Source: Terracidiphilus sp.
GTDB lineage: Bacteria; Acidobacteriota; Terriglobia; Terriglobales; Acidobacteriaceae
Reading direction: 5' to 3'
Length of the DNA stretch: 64,000 bases
Assembly: GCA_050014515.1 (NCBI GenBank)
Contig: JBEKDE010000005.1
Span: 41,779-105,778 of the forward strand
Made by a program: the position numbers and the translations under genes. The notes under the pieces were generated by a model that saw nothing but the letters and a program-made list of their open reading frames with translations, had not been told where the DNA came from and made no database searches. Shown here one piece after another: positions 28,355 through 38,746 of the stretch. The stretch's first letter is position 1, and every line of letters begins with the position of its first letter.

Positions 28355-30523
28355 TTAGAAGCACTCGATGTGGTCGCAGGCGTTCATCAACGGGACCTGC
28401 AGCGATGAGTCGTGCTGCGGATCAGAGTAGATGGTGATGGTGGCCGGCTTATAGTCCTCGGGCTTGGCGGTCATGATGTTGGGGACGAAGGTCTGCGGAT
28501 TGCGGTCGTAGAGCGGGAACCATGTGCTCTGGATCTCGACCATCACGGTGTGGCCGGCTTTGAAGACGTGGTCGACATCGTGGAGCGAGTACTTGTACTC
28601 GTGGATGGAGCCGGCGCGCAAAGGTGTGGGCGTCTCGAAGGATTGGAGATAGCGGCCGCGGAAGATTTCCTCGTTGGTCATGAGCTGATAGCCGCGCATC
28701 TTGGGGTCGGGATCGTCGTCGGGGTATTGATCGATGAGCTTGACGACCATGTCGTTGTCGGTGCCGCTGGTGGAGGCGTAGATGTCGGCGAGGACTTCGC
28801 CGGTGAGCACGAGATCCTTCTTGAGAACGGGCAGTTTCCACACGGCAACGTCTTTGCGGTCGGTGACGAAGCGCTGATCTTCAGTGAGCCAGTTGAACCA
28901 CTGCGAGCCCTGGCTGTAAGTGGGCTGAATGGGGCGATGGCGGTAGGGGACGGGGTTGGCTGCATCGCTGACATAGCTGGTGGTGGCGGCGGTGGTCGCG
29001 TCGGCGAAGGTGAGTGCGCCTGACCCTGCGAGATGAAGGCTGGTGGGCTGCGATTCCCTGGGCGGGAAGTGAGCATAGTACTTCCAGGTGTTTGAGCCGG
29101 TCTGGAAGCTGGCCGTATTTTCAAGATCGAAGCCGGGTGCGTCCTTCAGATAGTGCGCGAAGAACTTGGCTTCTATGCGCTCGCGGAATTCCTTGCCGAT
29201 GGGCTCGCCGTACTGAAGGTTGCCGAGATGGCGCGTTGTTCCTCCCCAGGAGCCGTGACGCCAGGGGCCGAGGACGAGGAAGTTTTCATGCTTGCTGTCG
29301 TGCGGTTCAAGCGTGGAGTACTCGATCTGCGGGCCGAACATATCTTCCTGGTCGTAGTATCCGCCGACGGAAAGCGTGGGGACGGTGACGGCGTTGAGAT
29401 GGTGCTCGACGCCGCGCGAGGACCAGTAGGTGTCATACGACGGATGTTCGAGGAAGAGCTTCCAGGTGGGCAGCAGCTTGGAGCCAGACTTCTTTACGTC
29501 TTCAGCAAAGGAGCCGCGTTCGAGGAAGTAGTCGAAGCCATCGCGGGGCTGGCCGTCTTTATCTTTGCCGTAGCTGACTTCGGTGGACTCCTTGCTGGAT
29601 TCGAGGCCGATTACGTAGTCGTAGCCGTAGCTTTGACGGAAGGCTCCGTTGTGGAAGAAGTCGTCGCCCATCCACACGTCGATCATGGGGGCCTGCGGAG
29701 AGATGGCCTTGACGGCGGGATGGGGATCAATGCCGGCCATCATGGCGAGGAAGCCGGGATAGCTGGTGCCGACGAAGCCGGCGCGGCCGTTGTTGCCGGA
29801 GACGTTTTGCAGGAGCCAGGCGACGGTGTCGTAGGTGTCTGTGCTCTCGTCAATTGCCTTGGGCTTCGAGTGGTCGACGTTGGGGCGGCTCATGACGAAT
29901 TCGCCTTCGCTTTTGTAGCGGCCGCGGATGTCGCCACAGACATAGATGTAGCCTTCGCGCGCGAGCTCGGGACGGCCACCTGAGAATGAGGCGCGGTTGG
30001 TGTCGTCGCAACCATAGGGTGTGCGCTGGACCAGGAACGGGAGTGGGCCGGAAATGTCTGCAGGTTTGAGGATGACGACGTGGAGCTTGACGCCGTCGCG
30101 CATGGGGATCATGGCTTCAGAGCGCTGGTAGTCATGGAAGAGGTGGTGGACGGGATTTCCGGTGCGGCGGAGGATGGTGTCTTCGCCGGACCCGGTGGAG
30201 ATGGTGACGATGGGCGTTCCGGCATCGACACTGAATGTGTAGGTAACCTTGGAGTCGGGATAGCCGAATTTGGTTTCGTCGAGCTGCTTTAGCGCAGTGG
30301 GAACGAAGCGCTCGGATTCGATGGTGAGCTTGCCGTTGTCGACATAGAAGCTGATGGGTGTGTCGGGCTCGGCTGCGTTGGTGTACTCGCCAGGGAAGGA
30401 GTCGATGGAGGGGGCGGAGACCTCATGGGATACACCTGGGTGCGCGATGGGTTCGGAGAAAGCGGGTGCGATGGGGAGCAGGGCGAGAGAGAGAACGGCA
30501 AGAGCAAACCGGCGACAAGGCAA
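28355..30523 (-). CDS. CocE/NonD family hydrolase (alpha-amino acid ester hydrolase/glutaryl-7-ACA acylase-like)
   Basis: RBS GAGGAGG with TTG start, signal peptide, MRDGVKL, RTPY, GTSYPG, GYYDQED, GPWRHG. Confidence 0.9.
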   Translation of the reverse strand: MPCRRFALAVLSLALLPIAPAFSEPIAHPGVSHEVSAPSIDSFPGEYTNAAEPDTPISFYVDNGKLTIESERFVPTALKQLDETKFGYPDSKVTYTFSVDAGTPIVTISTGSGEDTILRRTGNPVHHLFHDYQRSEAMIPMRDGVKLHVVILKPADISGPLPFLVQRTPYGCDDTNRASFSGGRPELAREGYIYVCGDIRGRYKSEGEFVMSRPNVDHSKPKAIDESTDTYDTVAWLLQNVSGNNGRAGFVGTSYPGFLAMMAGIDPHPAVKAISPQAPMIDVWMGDDFFHNGAFRQSYGYDYVIGLESSKESTEVSYGKDKDGQPRDGFDYFLERGSFAEDVKKSGSKLLPTWKLFLEHPSYDTYWSSRGVEHHLNAVTVPTLSVGGYYDQEDMFGPQIEYSTLEPHDSKHENFLVLGPWRHGSWGGTTRHLGNLQYGEPIGKEFRERIEAKFFAHYLKDAPGFDLENTASFQTGSNTWKYYAHFPPRESQPTSLHLAGSGALTFADATTAATTSYVSDAANPVPYRHRPIQPTYSQGSQWFNWLTEDQRFVTDRKDVAVWKLPVLKKDLVLTGEVLADIYASTSGTDNDMVVKLIDQYPDDDPDPKMRGYQLMTNEEIFRGRYLQSFETPTPLRAGSIHEYKYSLHDVDHVFKAGHTVMVEIQSTWFPLYDRNPQTFVPNIMTAKPEDYKPATITIYSDPQHDSSLQVPLMNACDHIECF

Positions 30524-30579
30524 CGGGGAGACCTCCTCAATGCATGTTCAAGAAAATATCAGGAAGGACGCAGCGAAGC

Positions 30580-31548
30580 CTAATGGCCATGGCCGTGATG
30601 ATGATGGCCGTGGCCACCGGCGGCGCTGCTCGCCATTTCTTCGATGGGGACCACGCAGCCGTCGGTCTCGGGGCAGCCCTTGTGTTCGAACTGGATGGTG
30701 CTGTGGCAAATGTCGAAGTGGTCTTTGAGGATGTGCTTGAGGTTGAGGAGAATGCAGGCGCTTTCAGACGGGGGGATGTCGTTGATGGTGACATGGCAGG
30801 CGAGGGCCCGCGATTGCGAGCCGAGGCTCCAGACGTGAAGATCGTGGACGTTGAGCACTCCTTCGACGGATTCCATGCCGGCGCGAATATCAGGCAGCGA
30901 GCAGCCATGTGGGGTGCCTTCAAGCAGGATGTTGAGTGTTTCGCGGACGATGCCGATGCTGGACCACAGGATGAGCGCGGCGATGAGCAGTGAGAGGGCC
31001 GGATCGATCCAGTTCTGGCCGGTGAAGAGAATGCCCGCACCGCCGGCGATGACGGCGGCGGTGGAAAGGGTGTCGCCGGCCATGTGGATGAAAGCCGAGC
31101 GCATGTTGACGTCGCGGGCTACGCCCCAGAGCAGGGCGGCGATGACGCCGTTCATGAGGACGCCGGCGGCGGCGACGTACATCATGAGCTTGGGTTGGAC
31201 TTCGACGGGAGACGACAGGCGATGGAAGGCTTCGACGCCGATCCAGAGAGAGATGACGATGAGAGTGCCCGCGTTGATGAATGCGGCGAGGACGCCGGCG
31301 CGCTGGTAGCCGAAGGTCTTGGAGTCGCTGGCCGGACGGGTCTGGAAATAGACCGCGGCGAAACTGAGCAGGAGCGCGAGGAAGTCAGAGGCGTTGTGGC
31401 CGGCCTCAGAGAGCAGCGCCAGCGAGTGGGCGCGTAAGCCAAACACGAAGGTGACCACGACATAGGCGAGCGTGGCTACGAGGGAAAAACGAAGCACGGA
31501 TTGTGTTCGGCCTGCGCCCGGGGAGGCGGGGGCGGCGTGCATGTGCAT
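30580..31548 (-). CDS. Cation diffusion facilitator (CzcD/ZitB-like)
   Basis: SLALLSEAGHNASD, SAFIHMAGD, HDLHVWSL, His-rich C-terminus. Confidence 0.92.
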   Translation of the reverse strand: MHMHAAPASPGAGRTQSVLRFSLVATLAYVVVTFVFGLRAHSLALLSEAGHNASDFLALLLSFAAVYFQTRPASDSKTFGYQRAGVLAAFINAGTLIVISLWIGVEAFHRLSSPVEVQPKLMMYVAAAGVLMNGVIAALLWGVARDVNMRSAFIHMAGDTLSTAAVIAGGAGILFTGQNWIDPALSLLIAALILWSSIGIVRETLNILLEGTPHGCSLPDIRAGMESVEGVLNVHDLHVWSLGSQSRALACHVTINDIPPSESACILLNLKHILKDHFDICHSTIQFEHKGCPETDGCVVPIEEMASSAAGGHGHHHHGHGH

Positions 31549-31570
31549 GGGAATAGTATACCGGGGTGGG

Positions 31571-31600
31571 GTAGCACCTGCGGCGGGGCAGGCGCTCGCT
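31571..31600 (+). repeat. GTAG-type REP copy
   Basis: gtagcacctgcggcggggcaggcgctcgct, same family as 21074, 5658, 61084 and 62391. Confidence 0.65.
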
Positions 31601-31703
31601 GTTCACTCGGACTGGCCTGGTTTCCCGCGCTTGCGCCAGGAATTCGAATTCAGGCGGCCACCAGGCGCTGCGCTAGACTGTTGCTATTTATCGATGGAGC
31701 TTT

Positions 31704-33443
31704 ATGACGCCCGGTCCCGACAAAATGTGTCTGGCTTACTTTCGCAATGGCACGACTGCGATTGAATCCGGCAACCTTGCCAAAGCCGAGATATGTTTTC
31801 GGTTGGGTGAAAAGCAGCTTGACCTCATGGAGCCGGATCTCGCCCGGGACTTTGTGCTCCTGGTGCAGTGCCACTGGAGTCTTTTGCGGAGCCGTCTTGG
31901 CAAGTTGGATGAGGCAAAAGAGCTGCATGAGTCGGCGATGACGCTGCTGGACGAAAATGCGGCCCGAATGGAGCGCTTCATTTCCCAGGGGGCGATGGCG
32001 AGAATCCTGATGCACCTTCATGAATACCGTCGCGCCGTCCCATTCTGCGAACGCGCGATTCAGCGGCTCGTGAAAAGCAACAGACCGATGGACATAGCAG
32101 AGAGTATGGAACGCGCAGCTCTGTGCTACTTCTCGATCGGAATGAAAGATCGCTCAGCGATTCACGCGCGAGCCGCCTTGAAGATTCTTCGCGAGTATCC
32201 TGGCGATGCGCGCCTGCCGGCGGTACTGATGCTCCTGGGGAATGGCTTGTACAAGTCTTCTCCCACCGAAGCTGAGAGTCTTTACCGTGAGACGGCGGAG
32301 ATTTACGAGACCAAGGCGCAACTTGAATTGGCAGTCCCGGTGTGGAGTAATTTGGGAGTTCTCTGCTCGGAACAAGGCCGATACGCTGAATCGCTGGAGT
32401 ATTACAAGAAGGCCCTGCCTGTCATTGAGCAGTTTTTCCCCAAAGACACGGCTCGCATGGGAAGGCTGCTGAACAACATGGCCCTTAATTATGGGCGGAT
32501 GGGTGACTTTCCCGAGGCTCACAGGTTGTTGGATCGTGCGATTGGACTACTCAAACTGGAAAAACCTGGGAGTGTTTTTGGACTCGCGTCGGCCTACGGA
32601 TCACGCGGACTTCTCCTGAAGGATGAGGGGCGCGATGCTGAAGCAGTAGAGATGTTCCGACTCTCCTACGCAGAGCGCAAGAACTCTCCCAGCCCAAATC
32701 TTGAATCCATTGCCGACAATCTGGCAGAGGAGATTGCAGCCCTCCAACGTCTTGGCAGGTTGGAAGAGGCTGCCCAGGCAGTAGAGCGCCTGGCATTTGT
32801 GAACGCCGAGCGGAATGAAGTCACGCGCGTTGCTCACGATGTTGAAGCCAGGAAGAAAAGAGCTACGAGCAGTTCAAAGCTGCCATGCGCCCATTGCGGC
32901 CGCCCCACATTGCCGTTTTTCAAGATCGATGGAGGCGATTTCTTATGCGTGAATTGCTGGCGCGATGAGAAGTCGAAGAGTGACCCGTACTTTGCCTTGA
33001 ACGAGCGATTGATCCTCCAGGTCTATCATCCGGATGTTGGGTTCGATCGGTTTACGGAGGACGAAAAGGCGATCTTCACTATACGCGAGTTGGTGAATGA
33101 GGTTTTGAATGGCGGGTTCCATCAGTATTTCTATAATTCGTCGGGCGTCCGGCATGCGGCTGTTGAAGCAGCTCTCGAAAGGCTCAACGAGCCGGAGGCG
33201 CTTGGCCTACTGAGGCGGGCGCGCCAGGCTCTCTTTGCGGGAGTTGAAATTCCAGAGGATACCGCGGAACGGCGAAAGATGATTCCGTTTGCCTTCGATG
33301 TCCCCGGCTCGAAGTTTCCCGAATTAGCGGACGAAGAGGGTTCTCGCTTCGCCGAGATCGCAGATGCCCTTGATTCCCGCCTGATGCAGTTCGCAAAGGA
33401 TGCGGGGCTGGCCGCGTCCGGCTCACACCCAAATGAATGGTAG
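31704..33443 (+). CDS. TPR-repeat protein with Zn ribbon and C-terminal DUF4375 (DMP19-like) domain
   Basis: TPR motifs (VWSNLG, LLNNMA, AYGSRG), CAHC-x17-CVNC, EVLNGGFHQYFYNSSG. Confidence 0.75.
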   Translation: MTPGPDKMCLAYFRNGTTAIESGNLAKAEICFRLGEKQLDLMEPDLARDFVLLVQCHWSLLRSRLGKLDEAKELHESAMTLLDENAARMERFISQGAMARILMHLHEYRRAVPFCERAIQRLVKSNRPMDIAESMERAALCYFSIGMKDRSAIHARAALKILREYPGDARLPAVLMLLGNGLYKSSPTEAESLYRETAEIYETKAQLELAVPVWSNLGVLCSEQGRYAESLEYYKKALPVIEQFFPKDTARMGRLLNNMALNYGRMGDFPEAHRLLDRAIGLLKLEKPGSVFGLASAYGSRGLLLKDEGRDAEAVEMFRLSYAERKNSPSPNLESIADNLAEEIAALQRLGRLEEAAQAVERLAFVNAERNEVTRVAHDVEARKKRATSSSKLPCAHCGRPTLPFFKIDGGDFLCVNCWRDEKSKSDPYFALNERLILQVYHPDVGFDRFTEDEKAIFTIRELVNEVLNGGFHQYFYNSSGVRHAAVEAALERLNEPEALGLLRRARQALFAGVEIPEDTAERRKMIPFAFDVPGSKFPELADEEGSRFAEIADALDSRLMQFAKDAGLAASGSHPNEW

Positions 33444-33474
33444 TTGATCCGTTGGAATCGAAGGGCTGCCAGAT

Positions 33475-33969
33475 TTATCCCCGCCCGGGCCGGAGGTGGC
33501 TGAGATCGATAGGGTCGGGGTCGTCGTAGAGATGCTGGGCGGGCAGGCCCATGCGCAGGCCGGACCACTCTTCGGTGACGACGATGCTGTTTTGCGGGTT
33601 GCCGGGCTGGTAGCGGGCGGAGCAGGGGAAGCCGGCGCGGACCTGCGCGGGATCAACGACGTCGCTCATGCAGGTGATGTCCTGCGAGCACTCATAATCG
33701 ACGCCGCCGATGTGGTAGCTGTAGAGGAGCATGGTGAGGGTGCGGACGGGCTCCCTCTTTGATTGTGGGACGGATTCAATCTCAAAGATGTCGAGGAGCA
33801 TGCCGTCGACTAGCCGGCCAGATTGGGTGAGGAAGTGGCGGCGGCGGCGCTCCAACTCGTCTGGCGTGGGGCGCTTGCGGAAGACGAGCAGCACCGCCAG
33901 TACAGCCAGCACAGCGAGTACGAACAGGCCGGCGGCGATCTCCCATTCATGTGCGTTGAGAAGATGCAT
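33475..33969 (-). CDS. DUF3592-like membrane-anchored protein
   Basis: N-terminal TM, YSYHIGGVDY, ARYQPGNPQNS. Confidence 0.65.
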   Translation of the reverse strand: MHLLNAHEWEIAAGLFVLAVLAVLAVLLVFRKRPTPDELERRRRHFLTQSGRLVDGMLLDIFEIESVPQSKREPVRTLTMLLYSYHIGGVDYECSQDITCMSDVVDPAQVRAGFPCSARYQPGNPQNSIVVTEEWSGLRMGLPAQHLYDDPDPIDLSHLRPGRG

Positions 33970-34149
33970 TGAGTGAGAAGGACTCCAGACTGGACTCCGC
34001 GAGATTACCCAAGTCAAGAATACCGCAGGTTGAATCGGGAGTTCCGCATCGCGCGGGATCGGCGGCGGGCTTTCCTGCTGCGATATACTCGTGACTGCAT
34101 CTCGAATGAGTTCCGGCCTGCCGGACGCTTTATTTCCGGAGGTTTTTTC

Positions 34150-34731
34150 TTGGCAAAGACGAAGAAATCCGCAAGTTCATCGCAGGCGCAGAATCGTGGG
34201 CGGATACGCTCGACGACTGTAATTTGCGTGCGGCGCAACGGCGAAGTGGTGATGGCCGCAGATGGACAGGTGACGCTGGGCGATCACGTGCTGAAGCACT
34301 CGGCGAAGAAGATTCGCAGGCTTTACCAGGACAAGATTCTCGCCGGGTTTGCGGGATCGACGGCCGACGCGTTCAGCTTGTTTTCACGATTTGAAACGAA
34401 GCTGGAGCAGTACGCGGGCAATCTGAACCGCTCGGCAGTGGAACTGGCCAAGGACTGGCGCACGGACAAGATGCTGCGCAACCTTGAGGCGCTACTGCTG
34501 GTCGCGGACAAGGGGCAAACGTTTCTGATTTCGGGATCGGGCGATGTGATCGATCCGGATGAGGCGCTGGCGGCGATTGGATCAGGCGGGAGCTACGCTA
34601 CGGCCGCGGCCAGAGCGCTGCTGGAAAACACCGAGTTGAGCGCACGGGAGATTGCGGAGAAGGCGATGAAGATTGCCGGCGATATCTGCATCTATACGAA
34701 TGACAGGATCACGATTGAGGAGTTGAAGTGA
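34150..34731 (+). CDS. hslV: ATP-dependent protease subunit HslV
   Basis: [38 protein letters not shown]. The start is uncertain (TTG 34150 proposed). Confidence 0.95.
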   Translation: MAKTKKSASSSQAQNRGRIRSTTVICVRRNGEVVMAADGQVTLGDHVLKHSAKKIRRLYQDKILAGFAGSTADAFSLFSRFETKLEQYAGNLNRSAVELAKDWRTDKMLRNLEALLLVADKGQTFLISGSGDVIDPDEALAAIGSGGSYATAAARALLENTELSAREIAEKAMKIAGDICIYTNDRITIEELK

Positions 34732-34828
34732 AGCAGTGAAGAAGTGAATGAGTGAAGAAGCGCAGCAGTGAAGCAGTGAATGAGTGAAGAAGTGCAGCAG
34801 TGAAGAAGTGAATGAGTTAAGAAGTGAA
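34725..34828 (+). repeat. Purine-rich octamer tandem array, 13 x NNAGTGAA
   Basis: In-phase 8-mers gaagtgaa/gcagtgaa/tgagtgaa from the hslV stop toward the hslU RBS. Confidence 0.85.
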
Positions 34829-34857
34829 GGAAGTATGGAGTTTTTGGAAACCTAAGA

Positions 34858-36360
34858 ATGGCTATTTATTTACCTGCATCCGCTGAAGAACAGGATCTCT
34901 CGCTGGACGAGCTGACGCCGCGCGAGATTGTTACCGAACTCGACAAGCATGTCGTGGGGCAGAGGGCCGCGAAGCGGGCTGTTGCGATTGCTCTCAGGAA
35001 CCGTCAGCGGCGGCAGAAGCTGCCCCCGGATATTGCCGACGACATTATGCCCAAGAACATCATCATGATTGGACCGACGGGCGTGGGCAAGACGGAGATT
35101 GCGCGGCGGCTTGCGAAGTTGACCAATTCACCATTTCTGAAAGTGGAGGCTTCGAAGTTTACCGAAGTTGGTTATGTGGGGCGCGATGTGGAGTCGATGA
35201 TTCGCGACCTGGTAGAGATTGCCATCGACATGGTGAGGGAAGAGCGGCTGGAAGAAGTGGAAGACCGCGCTGAGATGAATGCCGAGGAGCGGTTGCTGGA
35301 TGTGCTGCTGCCTCCTCCGCCAGCTGCTGCGCCGGCTGCCGAGGGGCAGTTGAAGCTGCCTGAGACGGATAGCTATCAGCGGTCGCGGGAAAAGCTAAGA
35401 CAGCAGTTCCGCGAAGGCAAGCTCGACGACCGGATGGTTGAGATCGATGTGCGCGATCGCGGGACGCCGCAGTTCGGAATCATCAGCAACCAGAACCTTG
35501 AGGACATGGAGATGAACCTCAAGGACATGCTGCCGAACATTTTTGGTGCGGGCTCGAAGAAGCGCAAGATGAAGGTGGCAGATGCGTTCGACTACCTGGT
35601 GCAGGAAGAAGAAGGCCGCCTGATCGACATGGACGCGGTGAACCGCACGGCGGTGGAGCGCGTTGAGTCGAACGGCATCATTTTCCTGGACGAGATCGAC
35701 AAGATTGCCGGGCGCGAGGGCGGACACGGACCGGACGTTTCGCGCGAGGGCGTGCAGCGCGACATATTGCCCATCGTGGAAGGAACGACGGTGAACACGC
35801 GCTACGGTATGGTGCGTACGGATCATATTTTGTTCATTGCGGCCGGCGCGTTCCATGTTTCGAAGCCGAGCGATCTGATTCCGGAACTGCAGGGACGGTT
35901 TCCGATTCGCGTGGAGTTGCAGTCGCTGACGGTGGATGATTTTCTGCGCATTCTTACGGAGCCGAAGGCATCGCTGACCAAGCAGTATTCGGCGCTGCTG
36001 GAGACTGAGGGAGTACGGCTGGAGTTTGCTCCGGAGGCCTTGCGCGAGATGGCCGAGTTTGCGTTCAAGGTGAATGAGCAGACGGAGAATATCGGAGCGC
36101 GGCGGTTGCACACGATTATGGAACGCGTGCTGGAGGATGTGAGCTTCCTGGCGCCGGATGTGGCGCGGCGCGCGCCGGACGAAGAGCAGGCCGCGGCGCT
36201 GAGCGAGGCGATCAAGGCGGAGTCGTCGACGCCGCTGCCGTATTTGGAGCGCACGACGGCGTCGGGGCCGGAGAAGGTGTTCCTGATTGATGACGGGTAT
36301 GTAAAGCAGATGGTGGCGTCGGTGGTGAAGGATCAGGATCTGAGCAGGTACATACTTTAA
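34858..36360 (+). CDS. hslU: ATP-dependent protease ATPase subunit HslU
   Basis: [53 protein letters not shown] end. Confidence 0.98.
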   Translation: MAIYLPASAEEQDLSLDELTPREIVTELDKHVVGQRAAKRAVAIALRNRQRRQKLPPDIADDIMPKNIIMIGPTGVGKTEIARRLAKLTNSPFLKVEASKFTEVGYVGRDVESMIRDLVEIAIDMVREERLEEVEDRAEMNAEERLLDVLLPPPPAAAPAAEGQLKLPETDSYQRSREKLRQQFREGKLDDRMVEIDVRDRGTPQFGIISNQNLEDMEMNLKDMLPNIFGAGSKKRKMKVADAFDYLVQEEEGRLIDMDAVNRTAVERVESNGIIFLDEIDKIAGREGGHGPDVSREGVQRDILPIVEGTTVNTRYGMVRTDHILFIAAGAFHVSKPSDLIPELQGRFPIRVELQSLTVDDFLRILTEPKASLTKQYSALLETEGVRLEFAPEALREMAEFAFKVNEQTENIGARRLHTIMERVLEDVSFLAPDVARRAPDEEQAAALSEAIKAESSTPLPYLERTTASGPEKVFLIDDGYVKQMVASVVKDQDLSRYIL

Positions 36361-36452
36361 AGAGATCAGAAATCGAAGTTTCAGAAGCTGGACCAGGGGC
36401 ACTTGGACGGCATTATTTGACTTACGTTTCGTCATGTATCAGTATTGCTGCC

Positions 36453-37109
36453 ATGCAAACACTCAATCTTTCCGGCTCAGATAAGAAGAGTGACGGAAGA
36501 CTAAAGAGCCTCTTTTGGCCAAGCGTCGAAAATGCCTGGGATGTGGACTACCTGGGTCAGCAAGGCTTTTGGATCTGCCTGATCATCGGCGTTCTCAGCT
36601 TGGCCCTGATCGCGATTACTGCCTCTTTCGTCCCGAATTCTGCTGGTCGCTTTGTGACGCTGGCGCTCGGTACGGTGATCTTCTTCGTCTATCTTGTCGG
36701 CGGAATGGGAGTGCGCGAATCCAGTTGGCCCGCCGCGGCCATGGTTTTCACGGTCTATGTGATCAACCAGTTGGGGTCTGGCAGGGCACCCGGCGTTCTT
36801 TTCTTCATCATAGGTGCTGTCTTGCTCTCAAACGTCCGCGCAACGTTCATAGCTTCACGTTGGAAGCCTTTGGCCGAGGGCGAAGATCGTCCGATGCGTT
36901 TCAATGAGACACTTCGTGATAAGTTGGCGGATCAACTGCCGCCAAAAGCGTGGCCGATTCTGAAGATTCCTTTTTTCATTGCGGCTTCGTTGATTCTCAT
37001 GTTCCTCCTCTACGTGTCGATAGTTGGCGTGACGAACAAGCGCGTCAACCCTCCACAGGATGAAAATTCTGTCCCGTCCGCAGTAGTCGAGCCCTCGAAG
37101 ACCAACTGA
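36453..37109 (+). CDS. Hypothetical membrane protein
   Basis: About 5 TM segments; codon usage is less GC3-biased than its neighbours. Confidence 0.65.
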   Translation: MQTLNLSGSDKKSDGRLKSLFWPSVENAWDVDYLGQQGFWICLIIGVLSLALIAITASFVPNSAGRFVTLALGTVIFFVYLVGGMGVRESSWPAAAMVFTVYVINQLGSGRAPGVLFFIIGAVLLSNVRATFIASRWKPLAEGEDRPMRFNETLRDKLADQLPPKAWPILKIPFFIAASLILMFLLYVSIVGVTNKRVNPPQDENSVPSAVVEPSKTN

Positions 37110-37175
37110 TAGCTGACCGGACTGATCTTCGTTTGCGCTAGGCGAACTCTGTCTGATACGTTTTTCTCGTACCTC

Positions 37176-37214
37176 GGTAGCCCGCGGCTGGATGTAAACC
37201 AGCGGGCTCTACCT
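37176..37214 (-). repeat. GTAG-led palindrome (REP-like)
   Basis: ggtagcccgcggctggatgtaaaccagcgggctctacc; both strands start GGTAG. Confidence 0.55.
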
Positions 37215-37383
37215 GCACTCTCCTGCTTCTGAGGGAATGTGGATGGAGGCGTTTCAGAGCACCTGGGGAAGGTGTGCCTGCTCGTCTCGATCCGATTCTG
37301 ATTCGATCCTGAAACGGGCACTCGCCTCTCCCTCGCCTCCACTTGCATCAGAACACATGAATGGAAGACCAAGGAGAGAAGCT

Positions 37384-37743
37384 ATGAGCAATGCGGGACA
37401 TCACCACAAGATCAACTACATCGAATTCACTTCCACGGATATTGCGCAGACGAAACGGTTTTATTCGACCGTTTTTGGGTGGAGCTTTGTGGATTATGGG
37501 CCGGACTACGTCAGCTTCCAGGGAGCGGGCATCGACGGAGGTTTTGCGAAGCGCGATGCGCAGCAGGAGTTGGGGAAGTTCGGGCCGCTGGTTGTGCTTT
37601 ACTCGTCTGATCTTGCAGCCACGGAGATTGCGGTGAGAATGGAGGGCGGCGGTGTGGTTGTGCCGACGTTCGAGTTTCCGGGCGGACGCAGATTCCACTT
37701 TTCCGACGGAGCAGGGAATGTGCTGGGGGTGTGGTCGGAGTGA
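37384..37743 (+). CDS. VOC family protein (glyoxalase/bleomycin resistance-like)
   Basis: INYIEF, FYSTVFGWSF, FPGGRRFHFSDGAGNVLGVWSE. Confidence 0.85.
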   Translation: MSNAGHHHKINYIEFTSTDIAQTKRFYSTVFGWSFVDYGPDYVSFQGAGIDGGFAKRDAQQELGKFGPLVVLYSSDLAATEIAVRMEGGGVVVPTFEFPGGRRFHFSDGAGNVLGVWSE

Positions 37744-37749
37744 TAAAGG

Positions 37750-37930
37750 CAGTGGTCAGATGACAGTGATCAGGTGTCAGTGTTCGCAGGTCTCAAACAA
37801 CCAGATCTTCACCCCACGGACCAAGACCCGTCCGTGGGGACCCCGGACCTGCGAATCTCCGAAAAGCAACCGCAAGTCGCCTTCGGCTACGCTCAGGGCC
37901 GGCTTTCGACTTGCTACGCCCGCTCAGGGT
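37750..37930. repeat. Heptamer array plus REP mosaic between convergent genes
   Basis: 5 x CAG-led 7-mers (37750-37784), CCCCACGGA..TCCGTGGGGACCCC hairpin, AAAGCAACCGCA and CTACGCTCAGGG units. Confidence 0.65.
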
Positions 37931-37946
37931 TACGGGCAGTAGTTTT

Positions 37947-38618
37947 TCAGGTCAGATTTTTCTTGAGGAAGGCCAGAGAGCGCTCGCGGGCTTGTTTGGA
38001 GGAGGGGGCGTCAAAGCTGGCGCGGGCGTCGCAGTTGAAGCCGTGGCCGGCGTCGTACCAGAAAATCTCGATTTCGGGATGGGCGGTGTGAACCTTGGCG
38101 ACTTCTTCGGCGGGGATATGTGCATCCTGTTTGCCGAAATGGAGCATGACGGGGGCGTGGGGTGTTTCACCGGCGTAGTTGCCGATGCGGCCACCGTAGT
38201 ATCCGACTGCTGCGGAGACAGGGAGCCTACAGGCGGCGATCCAGGAAAGCGTGCCGCCCCAGCAATAGCCGATCACACCGACTTTCTTGCCGGTTTGTTC
38301 TGCGGCAAATTCGACGGCGGCGGCGACATCCGCAACGGCCTTGTCCATATCCAGCTTGGGGATGAAGCTTCTCGCCTTGTCCATGTCGGTGCCCTCGTAC
38401 TTGAGTTCGACGCCGCGCTCAACGCGATCGAAGAGGGCCGGCGCGACGGCAAGGAAGCCGTCTTTTGCGTAGCCGTCGGCCACCGAGCGGATATGGGCGT
38501 TGACGCCGAAGATCTCTTGAACAACTACGAGGGCGGCGATTGGTTCGCCATCGGGGTGTGCTACATAGGCATCGAGATCGTGCCCGTCGGCTGCGTGCAG
38601 CGTTACGTGTTCGCTCAT
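37947..38618 (-). CDS. Dienelactone hydrolase family
   Basis: VQEIFGVN, GYCWGG nucleophile, FGKQD, AGHGF. Confidence 0.93.
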   Translation of the reverse strand: MSEHVTLHAADGHDLDAYVAHPDGEPIAALVVVQEIFGVNAHIRSVADGYAKDGFLAVAPALFDRVERGVELKYEGTDMDKARSFIPKLDMDKAVADVAAAVEFAAEQTGKKVGVIGYCWGGTLSWIAACRLPVSAAVGYYGGRIGNYAGETPHAPVMLHFGKQDAHIPAEEVAKVHTAHPEIEIFWYDAGHGFNCDARASFDAPSSKQARERSLAFLKKNLT

Positions 38619-38746
38619 GGGTTCTCCTCGCTAGTTAGACTGTCTGCGAGGTGAGCGAGTTGCATATGGACGATCCCACTCATCGAGCAAAGGACGCTCG
38701 ATGAATGGGGTACAGCTGTTCGATTCAACCGCGGTTGGTGGTGTCG

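Noticed and set aside
33973-34150. CIRCE/HrcA site or long N-terminal extension of hslV
   Set aside because: No TTAGCACTC-N9-GAGTGCTAA is present, and the ORF extension reads like promoter sequence.
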